Assembly (NCBI GenBank): GCA_963924785.1
Contig: CAWUTK010000245.1
Span: 1 to 39,805, forward strand
Origin: an uncultured Opitutales bacterium
GTDB lineage: Bacteria > Verrucomicrobiota > Verrucomicrobiia > Opitutales > CAJWYM01
Direction: 5' to 3'
DNA: 39,805 bases
Shown here: in pieces, positions 18,542 to 28,400 of the stretch
How positions within the stretch are numbered: position 1 is the first letter of the stretch
How the letters are laid out: each line of letters begins with the position of its first letter
The notes under the pieces: model-generated
The model's input: the letters and a program-made list of their open reading frames with translations, nothing else
What the model was told of the DNA's origin: nothing
The model's database searches: none
Program-made: the position numbers and the translations under genes

Positions 18542-19216
18542 CTACCAAATAACGATGAATCCCCCAAACGCATTGGCTTTAGGAAGCTTGAAATCTGTCC
18601 TACAAACCTTTTGATAGACGAGCATTTCACCTTTATTATAATTAATATTTAGTTCTGTTTCCTTAAACCCCAAGTCTTTTAAAATCGATATATCAAGTGT
18701 ATTATTTTCGACATCCCGAATTGCCACATATACCATGCCTGGAGAATCTACATCAAATGAGATTTTTTGACTGACCCCTCCTGCATTAAAAGTATATTTT
18801 TTGCCTAACAATTGATCATCCACTTCAATCCATTCATAAGACCTATTACTCAAGCTCAGCTCACCTCTCTGTAAATCATCTTTCACTCCTACACCTTCTA
18901 CTGTCATTTCTGGTGACCGAGCGGAATTTGCAGCTAAAAAATCAGGCTGATTCATTTTAAGTTTTTCGATTTCGGCCTTAATGGCTAATGCCCCTTCAAG
19001 ATTTCTTCTTTTAGTCTCTCTAATTTTTTCTGTCTCTAATAAAGGAATAAGTCTCTTCTCTAAGCTTTGGACTTTGATTTGATATTCTTTTGTGTACTTC
19101 TCAGTCGTTTTATTTTTATAATCAATCAGTTTTCTTGCACTTTGGGGCAGTACAGAATCTTCTCCATAAATTGATGCGGAGAAGAAAATACTAGTTATTA
19201 GAATTAAATATTTCAT
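18542..19216 (-). CDS. Hypothetical secreted protein (helical N-part, beta-rich C-domain)
   Basis: Likely start ATG 19216 giving signal peptide MKYLILITSIFFSASIYG; helix ETKRRNLEGALAIKAEIEKL; stop 19 bp before the sulfatase start. Confidence 0.7.
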   Translation of the reverse strand: MKYLILITSIFFSASIYGEDSVLPQSARKLIDYKNKTTEKYTKEYQIKVQSLEKRLIPLLETEKIRETKRRNLEGALAIKAEIEKLKMNQPDFLAANSARSPEMTVEGVGVKDDLQRGELSLSNRSYEWIEVDDQLLGKKYTFNAGGVSQKISFDVDSPGMVYVAIRDVENNTLDISILKDLGFKETELNINYNKGEMLVYQKVCRTDFKLPKANAFGGFIVIW

Positions 19217-19541
19217 TGTCATATCTGTTTGAGCATTTTGATTCCAATCCTTTCCCATTCCTATTTGACATCATAATTAATCCATCCCAGTCCTTCACAC
19301 AACTCAAAAGTAAAGCCACTCATTTTGATTCCACGTTAATCTAAAATTGAATAAAGGAAAGAATGGATCGCACGTAACTGAAGAATCAAAAAACCTTAAA
19401 TCAGTAAAATCCAAGGGCAAGCCGTGCTTATAATCGTGTTACAATTCAATAATAAAATGAAGTTCTCCGAATCTAACCCTAAAAAAGTTTAAAGATGCTC
19501 GCAGTCTAGACAATTACTCATAACCTTCACAGTTAAATTTT

Positions 19542-20615
19542 ATGAATAAGAAAAACATATACAAACTCGACCAAAACAAGCTTAAAGAAGCAATCAGTGA
19601 ATTGGGGCAAAAGCCATTTCGAGCAAAACAGCTCTGGGGCTGGCTATATGATAAAGGTGTCAGTTCATTTCAAGAAATGACGAACCTCCCTGCTTCACTT
19701 CTAGAAGCATTAAATAAAGAGTTCAGCTTAGGCTCACTAGAAATAGAAACGGAACAAGTTAGCACTGATGGAACGATCAAGAGACTATACAAACTTCCAG
19801 ATGGTCAACTCATTGAATCAGTGCTTATGCAATATGAAGATGGCAGACGAACGGCGTGTATCTCTTCACAGGCAGGCTGTGCGCTAGGTTGCGTCTTTTG
19901 CGCTACGGGACAAATGGGCTTTGCTAGACATTTAACAAGCGATGAAATTTTTGAACAAGCACTCCTGTATTCTAATCTTCTAAAGCAAAAAGGCGAAAGG
20001 CTTAGCAACATTGTCTACATGGGCATGGGTGAACCTTTCCACAATTTTGACCCTGTCATGGAATCAGTTAACAGCCTTCGCGATCTTCTCGGGATCGGCT
20101 CAAGGCATATTACTATCAGCACAGCGGGGATGGTTCCTCAAATTAGAAAATTCGCGAATTTAAATTCTCAAGTAAACTTAGCAATCAGCCTTCATGAAAT
20201 CAACGACAGTACGAGAAGCGAATTAATGCCGATTAACAAAACTCATTCATTAACCGACTTACTAGATGCCTGCCATTATTACGTAAAGACAACCAATCGG
20301 CGAATTTCATTTGAATGGGCTCTAATAAAAGGAAAGAATGACTCATCGGAACAAGCAAGGGATCTAGCTACATTCCTCAAAGGACTCCATTGTCACGTAA
20401 ACCTAATTCCTTTAAATGAAACAACCGGTTACAATGAGAATTCTGCTCAAAGTGATAATTGCGAACGTTTTGCAGGGGTTTTAAATAAACGCGGAATCCC
20501 CGCCACATTGAGAAGAAAACGTGGAATTGATATCAGCGCAGGTTGCGGACAATTAAAATCCGAGATTCGAAATAAAATTAAAAAAACCAGCCAAAAGGAA
20601 AACACTCCTTCCTAG
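19542..20615 (+). CDS. rlmN: Radical-SAM 23S rRNA A2503/tRNA C2-methyltransferase RlmN
   Basis: IESV, CISSQAGCALGCVFCATG, MGMGEP, ISLH, NLIP.N, GIDISAGCGQL. Confidence 0.93.
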   Translation: MNKKNIYKLDQNKLKEAISELGQKPFRAKQLWGWLYDKGVSSFQEMTNLPASLLEALNKEFSLGSLEIETEQVSTDGTIKRLYKLPDGQLIESVLMQYEDGRRTACISSQAGCALGCVFCATGQMGFARHLTSDEIFEQALLYSNLLKQKGERLSNIVYMGMGEPFHNFDPVMESVNSLRDLLGIGSRHITISTAGMVPQIRKFANLNSQVNLAISLHEINDSTRSELMPINKTHSLTDLLDACHYYVKTTNRRISFEWALIKGKNDSSEQARDLATFLKGLHCHVNLIPLNETTGYNENSAQSDNCERFAGVLNKRGIPATLRRKRGIDISAGCGQLKSEIRNKIKKTSQKENTPS

Positions 20616-22153
20616 TCTTGGATATCCCACCATTTATGGCGATCTTTCCAAAGCAACTGTTCCGATGCTAATGGACCCCAAGATCCAGCAGTGTAACTCT
20701 CCATACCAGATTGACCACATTCTTTCCAGTAATCTAATACTGGACTAAATATGCCCCAAGAGGCCTCAGTTTCATCGCTACGGATAAAAAGTGTGCTATC
20801 ACCAACCATTGCATCTAAAATCAACCTTTCATAGGCCTCAGGCGTATTAGAACCAAAGGCTGTCGCATATTGAAAGTTCATTTTAACAGGCTCCATTTTA
20901 GTCTCTAACCCAGGCTTCTTGGCATTTAACAGTAACGTCATCCCTTCATCAGGTTGGATCCTTAAGAAGATAGTGTTTGGAGCAATTTTGAATTTAGATT
21001 CCTCACCAAATAAAATCCCAGGCGGCCTTTTAAATTGAATCGCAATTTCACTCACACGCTTTTCCATCCGCTTCCCAGACCTTAAGTAAAATGGTACACC
21101 TTTCCAGCGCCAATTGTTAATCATCAATTTCGCGGCAGCAAATGTCTCCGTTGATGAATCAGGCGCTATATCTTTCTCCTCTAAATACCCATTAGCTTTT
21201 TCATCATTAATCAAGCCTGCTTCATACTGCGCTCGAATAACATCACCCTTATCACCATCTAAATTCAACGGCTGAATCGCTTTTAAGACTTTTACCTTTT
21301 CATCACGAATTGACTCTGGATCTAGAGATACAGGTGGTTCCATCGCAACCAATGCCAATAACTGCATGGTATGATTCTGGATCATATCTCTCAATGCACC
21401 GCTTTGTTCATAATAACCTCCTCTTGTGCCAACACCGAGATCCTCAGCAACCGTTATTTGTACATTATTGATATATTGCCTATTCCAAATTGGCTCAAAG
21501 ATAGAGTTAGCAAATCGTTGAACCAATAAATCCTGGACAGTTTCTTTCCCTAAATAATGGTCTATTCTAAATACCTGGCTCTCTGCAAAATATCGACTAA
21601 TCGTCGCATTCAAATCTTTCGCAGAAGTCAAATCGTGACCAAAAGGCTTTTCGACAATCACTTTCGTTGCAATAGCACTATCGGCATGACGCTTAGCAAT
21701 ACCAGATTCCCCTAAATTCTCCAAAATCGGCTTAAACGCATTCTGAGGCGTCGAAATATAACAAATCAACTGCAATGGTTTACCAAGTGAATTTTCTATT
21801 GAAGAAATTCTCTCCGCTAAAGACTTATATGACGCCAAATCATCATACCCACCCTGGTGATATTGGATTTTACTGGCACGATTATCCCATTTATCCGCAT
21901 CAAGCTCTCTTCTAGAGAAAGCCTCAACCGCCTTTGTTGACATATCACAAAAAGCATCATCTGCGATTTCCTTTCTCCCATAACCAATCAGATAAAAATC
22001 CTCAGGTAATAAATCATCAAATGACAAATTATAAATTGCAGGAATAAGCTTTCGTTTCGTCAAATCACCAGAAGCACCAAATATAACAATTATTGTTGCG
22101 GGAGCTTGCTTTACCCTACCATAAACCTTACTTGAATCATCTTTATCTTTCAT
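20612..22153 (-). CDS. zwf: Glucose-6-phosphate 1-dehydrogenase
   Basis: GASGDL, EKPFG, RIDHYLGKE, DMIQNH, RWKGVPFYLRSGK, EAYERL. Confidence 0.97.
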   Translation of the reverse strand: MKDKDDSSKVYGRVKQAPATIIVIFGASGDLTKRKLIPAIYNLSFDDLLPEDFYLIGYGRKEIADDAFCDMSTKAVEAFSRRELDADKWDNRASKIQYHQGGYDDLASYKSLAERISSIENSLGKPLQLICYISTPQNAFKPILENLGESGIAKRHADSAIATKVIVEKPFGHDLTSAKDLNATISRYFAESQVFRIDHYLGKETVQDLLVQRFANSIFEPIWNRQYINNVQITVAEDLGVGTRGGYYEQSGALRDMIQNHTMQLLALVAMEPPVSLDPESIRDEKVKVLKAIQPLNLDGDKGDVIRAQYEAGLINDEKANGYLEEKDIAPDSSTETFAAAKLMINNWRWKGVPFYLRSGKRMEKRVSEIAIQFKRPPGILFGEESKFKIAPNTIFLRIQPDEGMTLLLNAKKPGLETKMEPVKMNFQYATAFGSNTPEAYERLILDAMVGDSTLFIRSDETEASWGIFSPVLDYWKECGQSGMESYTAGSWGPLASEQLLWKDRHKWWDIQD

Positions 22154-22168
22154 AATTTATCCTAAATT

Positions 22169-22591
22169 TTAACCAAACAGAGGTATATTCTCATAATGGT
22201 AAACTTCATCCTCCTTTTCATCAGACAAAACGACATCGACAATGTCAAACCGATAGGAACAGGGCCGTTTCGCTAATCCATCCAAATAAGCCAAACATGT
22301 TTTCTTCAGTATCTTTTTTTTCTTTAAGCCAACAGAATGATAACCAGTTACCGACGCCGTCTCGCTTCTTGATCGAATTTCAACAAATACCAAAACTTCA
22401 CTATCAAGACATATTACATCAACTTCTCCACGCCCTGCTCGCCAGTTCTTCGCAACAATCCTTAAACCTTTCTTCTTTAAAAACTTGCGAGCCTTAGACT
22501 CACCACGCATTCCACGTAACCAAGCATTAGATTTATTTTTTCCAAACAATAGACGCTTTATCCAAAACCTTAAATCCAGGTTTTCAAGCAT
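22169..22591 (-). CDS. yraN: YraN (UPF0102) family putative endonuclease
   Basis: G..GE..A..FL...G..I...NWR...GEVD.I......LVFVEIR, YRFDIV. Confidence 0.88.
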   Translation of the reverse strand: MLENLDLRFWIKRLLFGKNKSNAWLRGMRGESKARKFLKKKGLRIVAKNWRAGRGEVDVICLDSEVLVFVEIRSRSETASVTGYHSVGLKKKKILKKTCLAYLDGLAKRPCSYRFDIVDVVLSDEKEDEVYHYENIPLFG

Positions 22592-22606
22592 CAGAAAACA
22601 GTGAGA

Positions 22607-23029
22607 CTAGAATGAAGCTGATTTTATCTTAGCTTTCGCACAAGCATTTAGCACATCCATAGATCTTTGATGTGCAGAAAAATCATCTGGTTGCACTGTA
22701 ACGAGCATTTTAATTCCAGATCTCTTAGCAGAATCCCTCAACCGAACCAATGTTGAATACAGGTCAGGCATACTACGACTGTCAGGATCGTCCTTAGGCG
22801 CTCCATTTAAAAGCACGGTTCCATTCGGCAAAATTTCAATAATATGCTCACACGGTAATTCTTTAGAAGGTTTTGAAGGAGTGTTTGACGGCAATTCAAT
22901 TCCTAAATCAGACTCCTGCTGCATTGGAAGGAACATAAAATATACAAGAAGCAAGAATACCACATCAATCATCGAAGTCATGTCGAACGTATCTTCGCTC
23001 TCCAACATTTCATTTTTTTTCTTCGCCAT
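22607..23029 (-). CDS. ExbD/TolR-family protein
   Basis: DMTSMIDVVFLLLVYFM TM motif with the conserved Asp. Confidence 0.9.
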   Translation of the reverse strand: MAKKKNEMLESEDTFDMTSMIDVVFLLLVYFMFLPMQQESDLGIELPSNTPSKPSKELPCEHIIEILPNGTVLLNGAPKDDPDSRSMPDLYSTLVRLRDSAKRSGIKMLVTVQPDDFSAHQRSMDVLNACAKAKIKSASF

Positions 23030-23037
23030 ATCGCCTC

Positions 23038-23445
23038 CTATTGTTCCACCGCAAAAATAATATCTGCCACGCCACCTGCTGCTACAGCCGTCATAACCGC
23101 ACGAACATCTTTATGGGGAGCATTCCTATCAGCTCGTAAATAAACCTTATAACCTTTAATCGTATTATTCCCTTCCGTAATATATGGAATTAAATCTGCA
23201 GCCTCAGTCATAGGGGTTGCACCCAAATAAGCCACACCATCGGCATCAACAGCAACAAACTCGCGGCCTTTCGTATTATCAGGTACAGTTCCTTTGCCCG
23301 CTTTAGACAAATCCAACTCGATGGTATCATTCTGAATCAAAGTTGTTACAATCATGAAGAATGCGATCAACAAGAAGACCACATCAATCATGGGAGTCAT
23401 GTCGAAGTTCTCATCTCCATTGGTTTCTGGGGGATCCATTTTCAT
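23038..23445 (-). CDS. ExbD/TolR-family protein
   Basis: DMTPMIDVVFLLIAFFMI; VYLRADRNAPHKDVRAVM. Confidence 0.92.
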   Translation of the reverse strand: MKMDPPETNGDENFDMTPMIDVVFLLIAFFMIVTTLIQNDTIELDLSKAGKGTVPDNTKGREFVAVDADGVAYLGATPMTEAADLIPYITEGNNTIKGYKVYLRADRNAPHKDVRAVMTAVAAGGVADIIFAVEQ

Positions 23446-23483
23446 AATTGAAAATCTCTAAATTGTTATCAATAAACTAATGA

Positions 23484-24290
23484 CTACTCTTCAGCGTATT
23501 CTTCTTCAGCATACTCTTCGTAAACCTCTTCACCACCTGCACCATAACCGGCATTAGCTGACGTGATAAACGCAAACAAAGTATCTCCTGAAAGCTGGGA
23601 AACGCGAGAAGCAATTGCACCATACTTATTCTTAAAGAAGAAATATCCTACCATAGCAGGAATACCCACGATCATACCTGACGCAGTCGTAATAAGGGCC
23701 TCGGAAATGTTAAGTGCCAATACTTTTGGATCACCCGTTCCTTGAGTCGCAATAACGTTAAACGCCTTAATCATACCACTAACCGTACCAAGTAGTCCGA
23801 TCATAGGAGAAATTACCGCGATGACGTTAATATAATTAATTAAAACAAATGGTGCTGCCAGTTCCTGTGCTGCGACTTCTTCCATCGCTTCTTTCATCGT
23901 GTCTGGATCCAACTGCTCACTAACAACACGCTTAATACCTGCTCCAACAATATTGGTAATAGCAGAAGGATTTTGAGCGGCGAAAGTAATCCCATCCTCA
24001 ATCTGACCCGCGACTAATAATTCCTTAAGCTGGTCATTCAACTCTTCTTTAAGAAATTCCTTACCTCGAATCTTAATGCCGTTGTAAATAAGCAATGCAA
24101 ACGCACAAACAGAAAGGAAAGTCAGCGGATACATCGCCCAACCACCCAATATCCACATATCGACTAAATTTTGCCCATCGTCTGGAGGAGGAGCAGCAGT
24201 TTCAGCATCTTGCGCGTATACGCTCAATTCAGGGATTAGCCCAAATGCAATTAGAGTTAATAAAAATAGTATTCTTTTTGGTTTTAACAT
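23484..24290 (-). CDS. MotA/TolQ/ExbB proton channel protein
   Basis: GGWAMYPL, SPMIGLLGTVSGMI.AF, ISEALITTASGMIVGIP; N-terminal signal-like segment. Confidence 0.93.
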   Translation of the reverse strand: MLKPKRILFLLTLIAFGLIPELSVYAQDAETAAPPPDDGQNLVDMWILGGWAMYPLTFLSVCAFALLIYNGIKIRGKEFLKEELNDQLKELLVAGQIEDGITFAAQNPSAITNIVGAGIKRVVSEQLDPDTMKEAMEEVAAQELAAPFVLINYINVIAVISPMIGLLGTVSGMIKAFNVIATQGTGDPKVLALNISEALITTASGMIVGIPAMVGYFFFKNKYGAIASRVSQLSGDTLFAFITSANAGYGAGGEEVYEEYAEEEYAEE

Positions 24291-24303
24291 AGCGAGTTGA
24301 GTT

Positions 24304-25413
24304 TTATTTTAATTTAATAGCCATTTTATCTTTAAGTTCCTTACCCTTTGTCGCCCAAACACTATCGGGATAAAAGAGTGAAATTTCATCAGCTATTTGA
24401 ATAGCAACAGGTGGTTTTGTTGTCATTCCATAGCAAAGTGCTGTTGTATAAAGGAGTTCCGGCATCCAGTTATTTCCACGGTCACAGTAAACCACAGCCT
24501 TTGCGGAGTGTTTTATTGCATCCATATAATTCTTATCATTGAGCAATAACAATGCCTCAATCAACTGTAACAAAGAATACTCCCTATCCCCAATTTTCAA
24601 ATTTCCTACCTTTTCAGTATAATATTTTGATCCTTGGGCATCATTTAACTTAATCTTACAGTAAGCGATCCAAAGAAACACTTCTTTTTCATAATCAGTA
24701 CCACGGAGATAAAGTTGCAGTTTTTCGTAAATTCCAATCGCATCATCATAACGCTCTTTTTCATGAAGCATATTCGTGGCTCCAACGATTTCCCCGATAT
24801 ACATTTTTTTATCACTTCCAACCGGAATATTTCCAATCATCTCTACCGCTTCAGAAACCTTGTCCGACAAGACTAAACCCCTAATGGTCTCTATCGAGTG
24901 ATCTACAAATTCAGCACTTACATCTTCCATCGGAATATGAGTGAAAATTTGGTATGCCTCCTCATATTGATTCAATTGTAATATCGTATCAAGTAACATT
25001 GCTACCACAGCATGAATTCTTACATTTTTCTCAGGTAAACTTACGAAATCCACATACGGGTATGCAATTGGTCGCAATAATTTGATCGCAGACTTAAAAT
25101 CCTTTTTAGCAAGATATCTCCTAGCATTTACCAAATCCTTTGTGTTTTCTATTTCATAATCAACAGATGAAGCATCCATCTCCATTTTTTGATCCGTGGC
25201 ATTCGCTGGAATAATCTCTACTTTATCTTTGTTAATAGCATTAAGGAAAAAGTAATTTTTCGAGTTTCCTCGTTTTTCAACAACTCTAGCCTTGTTCTCA
25301 GCAAAGGTGTTAAAGTAATCCTCAGCCGATAGAACACTCAGCGAACTGATCAAGGTAATTGAAGTGAGTAAAATGATAAAATGCTTAGACATAGTTAGTT
25401 TATTTAATTTCAT
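24304..25413 (-). CDS. Exported TPR-repeat protein
   Basis: Signal-like N-terminus (alternative start ATG 25392), helical repeats such as YDDAIGIYEKL, ELLYTTALCY...LFYPDSVWA. Confidence 0.75.
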   Translation of the reverse strand: MKLNKLTMSKHFIILLTSITLISSLSVLSAEDYFNTFAENKARVVEKRGNSKNYFFLNAINKDKVEIIPANATDQKMEMDASSVDYEIENTKDLVNARRYLAKKDFKSAIKLLRPIAYPYVDFVSLPEKNVRIHAVVAMLLDTILQLNQYEEAYQIFTHIPMEDVSAEFVDHSIETIRGLVLSDKVSEAVEMIGNIPVGSDKKMYIGEIVGATNMLHEKERYDDAIGIYEKLQLYLRGTDYEKEVFLWIAYCKIKLNDAQGSKYYTEKVGNLKIGDREYSLLQLIEALLLLNDKNYMDAIKHSAKAVVYCDRGNNWMPELLYTTALCYGMTTKPPVAIQIADEISLFYPDSVWATKGKELKDKMAIKLK

Positions 25414-28400
25414 CGTATTTATCCCTTAAAGCTGAATAAGCTTCGGCCTCTTTAAACGATCCATTATCAATACATTCTTTAAGTGTATTTCTTGCATCTT
25501 CTCGTTGATTCATTTTCAACAACGTTTCTGCATCCATAAGATACGCCTTTGTTGCAATCTCAATGAAAAAGCCGTAACCAATAAAGACTCTCTCAAAAAA
25601 ACCATGAGCCTCTGGGTATTTCTCTTCGTCGTAATACGACATTCCTATCTTATACAAAGCTTCAGTTTGTGGAGCACCTTTATATTCTGGTGCTTGCATG
25701 ATTTCCATATATTTTCCCCTAGCCCCTTCATTGTTCCCGTTTTTCCTCATCAAGTCTCCTTGTTTTGAAATAAACTCATGAGAATTCGGTTCGCTCCAAA
25801 AATCTTCTGCTAATCTAGCATAATATTCAATTGCCTGATCATAGTCTTTATTCAACTCAGCCAATTCAGCCATAGTAATAAAAGCATCCAAAACAGCCGG
25901 AGAGTCAGGATATTCCTCCAACACCTTATTCACCGCCCCTTTAGCCATTTCTGGAGCTGAACGCATCGTTTTCTTCGCCATCCAAATTAAAAGTTTTGGC
26001 GTCGCATAATCAAAATCCGACTGAGTGAATACCATACCTGGATTGACATTTTCACCTCTTCCTTCGAGTGCCATTTGCAAACGAAATTCTAGAGTTTTAC
26101 GACCATCACTTTTGGCTTCTTGGTATAATGGTGTAAATAATTCAACCGGAGTTTTTTTAGGAAATTTGGATTTTTGAGTTCTATAATGCGCCAATTGCGC
26201 ATCAATAACACTCATATCATTCCGCAAACCCTTTCCATAAGCCTTATCCTTACGAAACTTCTTATAATAACTCTGTTCAATTGTTTTATTCCTTTGAAAA
26301 AAGTCATAGAGAAAGCTTTTATCATCTAATATTTGATCACGGAAGGCAGAATCACTTTTAAATTTCTCAAAGAAATCAATAGTCGCATTCATACGTTCTA
26401 AGCCAGAATAATACTTACTAACAAAAGACTCTATCATCAAGTCAACGCCTTCACTATCCTGATTATCTCCATATTCGCGAATAGCATTAATATAAACCTC
26501 TTGAAGCTCACCGGGTTTCCCTTGGAGTTCTTTCGCCATACCAATTTCAAATATTGCAGCAGCTAAATCACCCTCTTCCTGGAAATTTTGCGTGTACTTC
26601 TCGTAATTTGCAATCATCTCGTCGTAACGTTTCGCTTCTTTCAAAAGCTTACCGATTGAAAAATATGCATTCTTGATATAACTGTGCGCCGCGCCTTTCT
26701 CCTCTACTAAAGAGTAATGTTTAATGGCGTCTTCAATATTCTTCTTGGATGAATAAATTTCTCCCAAGAAAAATTGGATTTCACCGCTTAATTTACTTTG
26801 AGAATATTTTTCATTAAAACCAGTAAATGCAACCATTGCCTCATCTGGTTTACCTGATCCATAAATACAAATAGCACGACGGTATTCAGCATCTTCTGCA
26901 TACGTACTCTTAGGATACTTCTCATACATTGGGTTAAAAAACTTCAACGCCATCGGGTAGTCTTGATTATACATCCCACTTAACCCAGACCAATAGTAGC
27001 AACCATCTAGCCAAGGAGCCTTCGAGTATTTTTCAATATACTTTTCAAATTTCTGAATCAACTGAGATGTCTGACCGATTCCTAGCATCGCATTACCCAT
27101 CATATAAATAACCGTAGCCGTTTCTTCTTTATCGCTAAATTGCTCGATGTACTCTTCAGCCAAGCCAAAAAACCCTTCATAATTCTCATCTTCTAAAAAG
27201 TTCTGCATCGTCACGAGCCCAACATCTTTCCGATACTTTTTAAAACTAGGATTAGCTAAATAACCATCAGCAATCTCTCTCGCCTTTTCCGGCAATCCCA
27301 TCGTATGAGCGCTTTGAAAAGTTGAGAAAACAAAGTCTTCAATATTCGGGTGAGTTGGATATTTTTCAATAATACCACGGAATGCATAATAAGCTTCCCA
27401 ACCGCGATCGGCATCAAGATAAACTTGAGCAATCAATAATTCTAACTCTTTACCATAATCTTTCATTCCACGAAGGGCTTTTGCCATATGCTCATCGTTA
27501 GATTTCATGATCTTATACTTATCGACAAGATCATCGCGCCTTTTCACCTTATAAAACTTAATACGGTTTTCAGAGTCAATTGCCTGATTTTTGTAGTACT
27601 CTGCCATTTGAGGTGGAGTTAGCGTCATCGTGTAAAGCAACATTGCTTGCTGATACATCCCTCTCCCAGACAACATGTGACCAGCCTTTAACAACGCCAT
27701 ATTAAGTTGCGGTGAATTTCTTGCAGACTTCGCTTTTAATATAAAAGGAATTAAACTCAGTGCCCCTTGTTCGTTCTTACTACTTACATAAGATTCAATC
27801 AAGGACGCTGCACCACGAGCTCTTCGATCTGACTTAGGAGAAGTTTCCATCAACTTTTTAAACCAAGGTTTCCCTTTATTCCAATCCTGAGCACTGTAAT
27901 ACAGCGTTACCAATTTATCCAAAGTATCATCCCTCAATTTATCATCAAGCATATGAACATAAGGTTCATTCAAAGCCTTCTCAAACAAAGGGAGCGCTTT
28001 TTTATCTTCCTTCATTCCTAAATAACACTCAGCTTGACTCAAAATAACCATGTGCATTCTCTTTGACTTAGGGAATTCTTTTTCAACTTTATTTAAATAT
28101 TCAAGAGCAGTATTCAAACTCATCGCACTTGACCCACCAGAAGCGACCATATGCGCTTGACCTAAAAAGAACCAAATAGTCTCTAACGGCTGACGTTCCT
28201 TTCCTTTATTATCAATCGTCCTGTTCTCAACCTCTTCTAAATAAGGTATTGCTTTAACCAAATGACCAGATTTGATCATATTATCAGCCGTACCCTTAAG
28301 TTGAGTAAAGCCCATTTCCGATGGTTTTAATTGAGCAAATACTACAGCTGGTAACACAACTGATAGAAACAAAGATGCCTTAAAGATTAATTTAATAATT

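Noticed and set aside
18523-18630. N-terminal 36 aa of the tracked 509-aa sulfatase ORF, overlapping the upstream gene by 89 bp (possible frameshifted fusion)
   Set aside because: A TTG at 18522 with an AAAGGA RBS starts the protein right at the sulfatase domain and removes the overlap; no slippage is needed.
19261-19323. 20-codon - strand ORF MSGFTFELCEGLGWINYDVK upstream of the secreted protein (leader peptide?)
   Set aside because: No attenuator hairpin or biased codon run seen; an ORF this short is expected by chance.
19542-20615. Cfr antibiotic-resistance methyltransferase
   Set aside because: Motifs and chromosomal housekeeping context fit RlmN and there is no mobile context; a phylogeny would be needed to exclude Cfr-like status fully.
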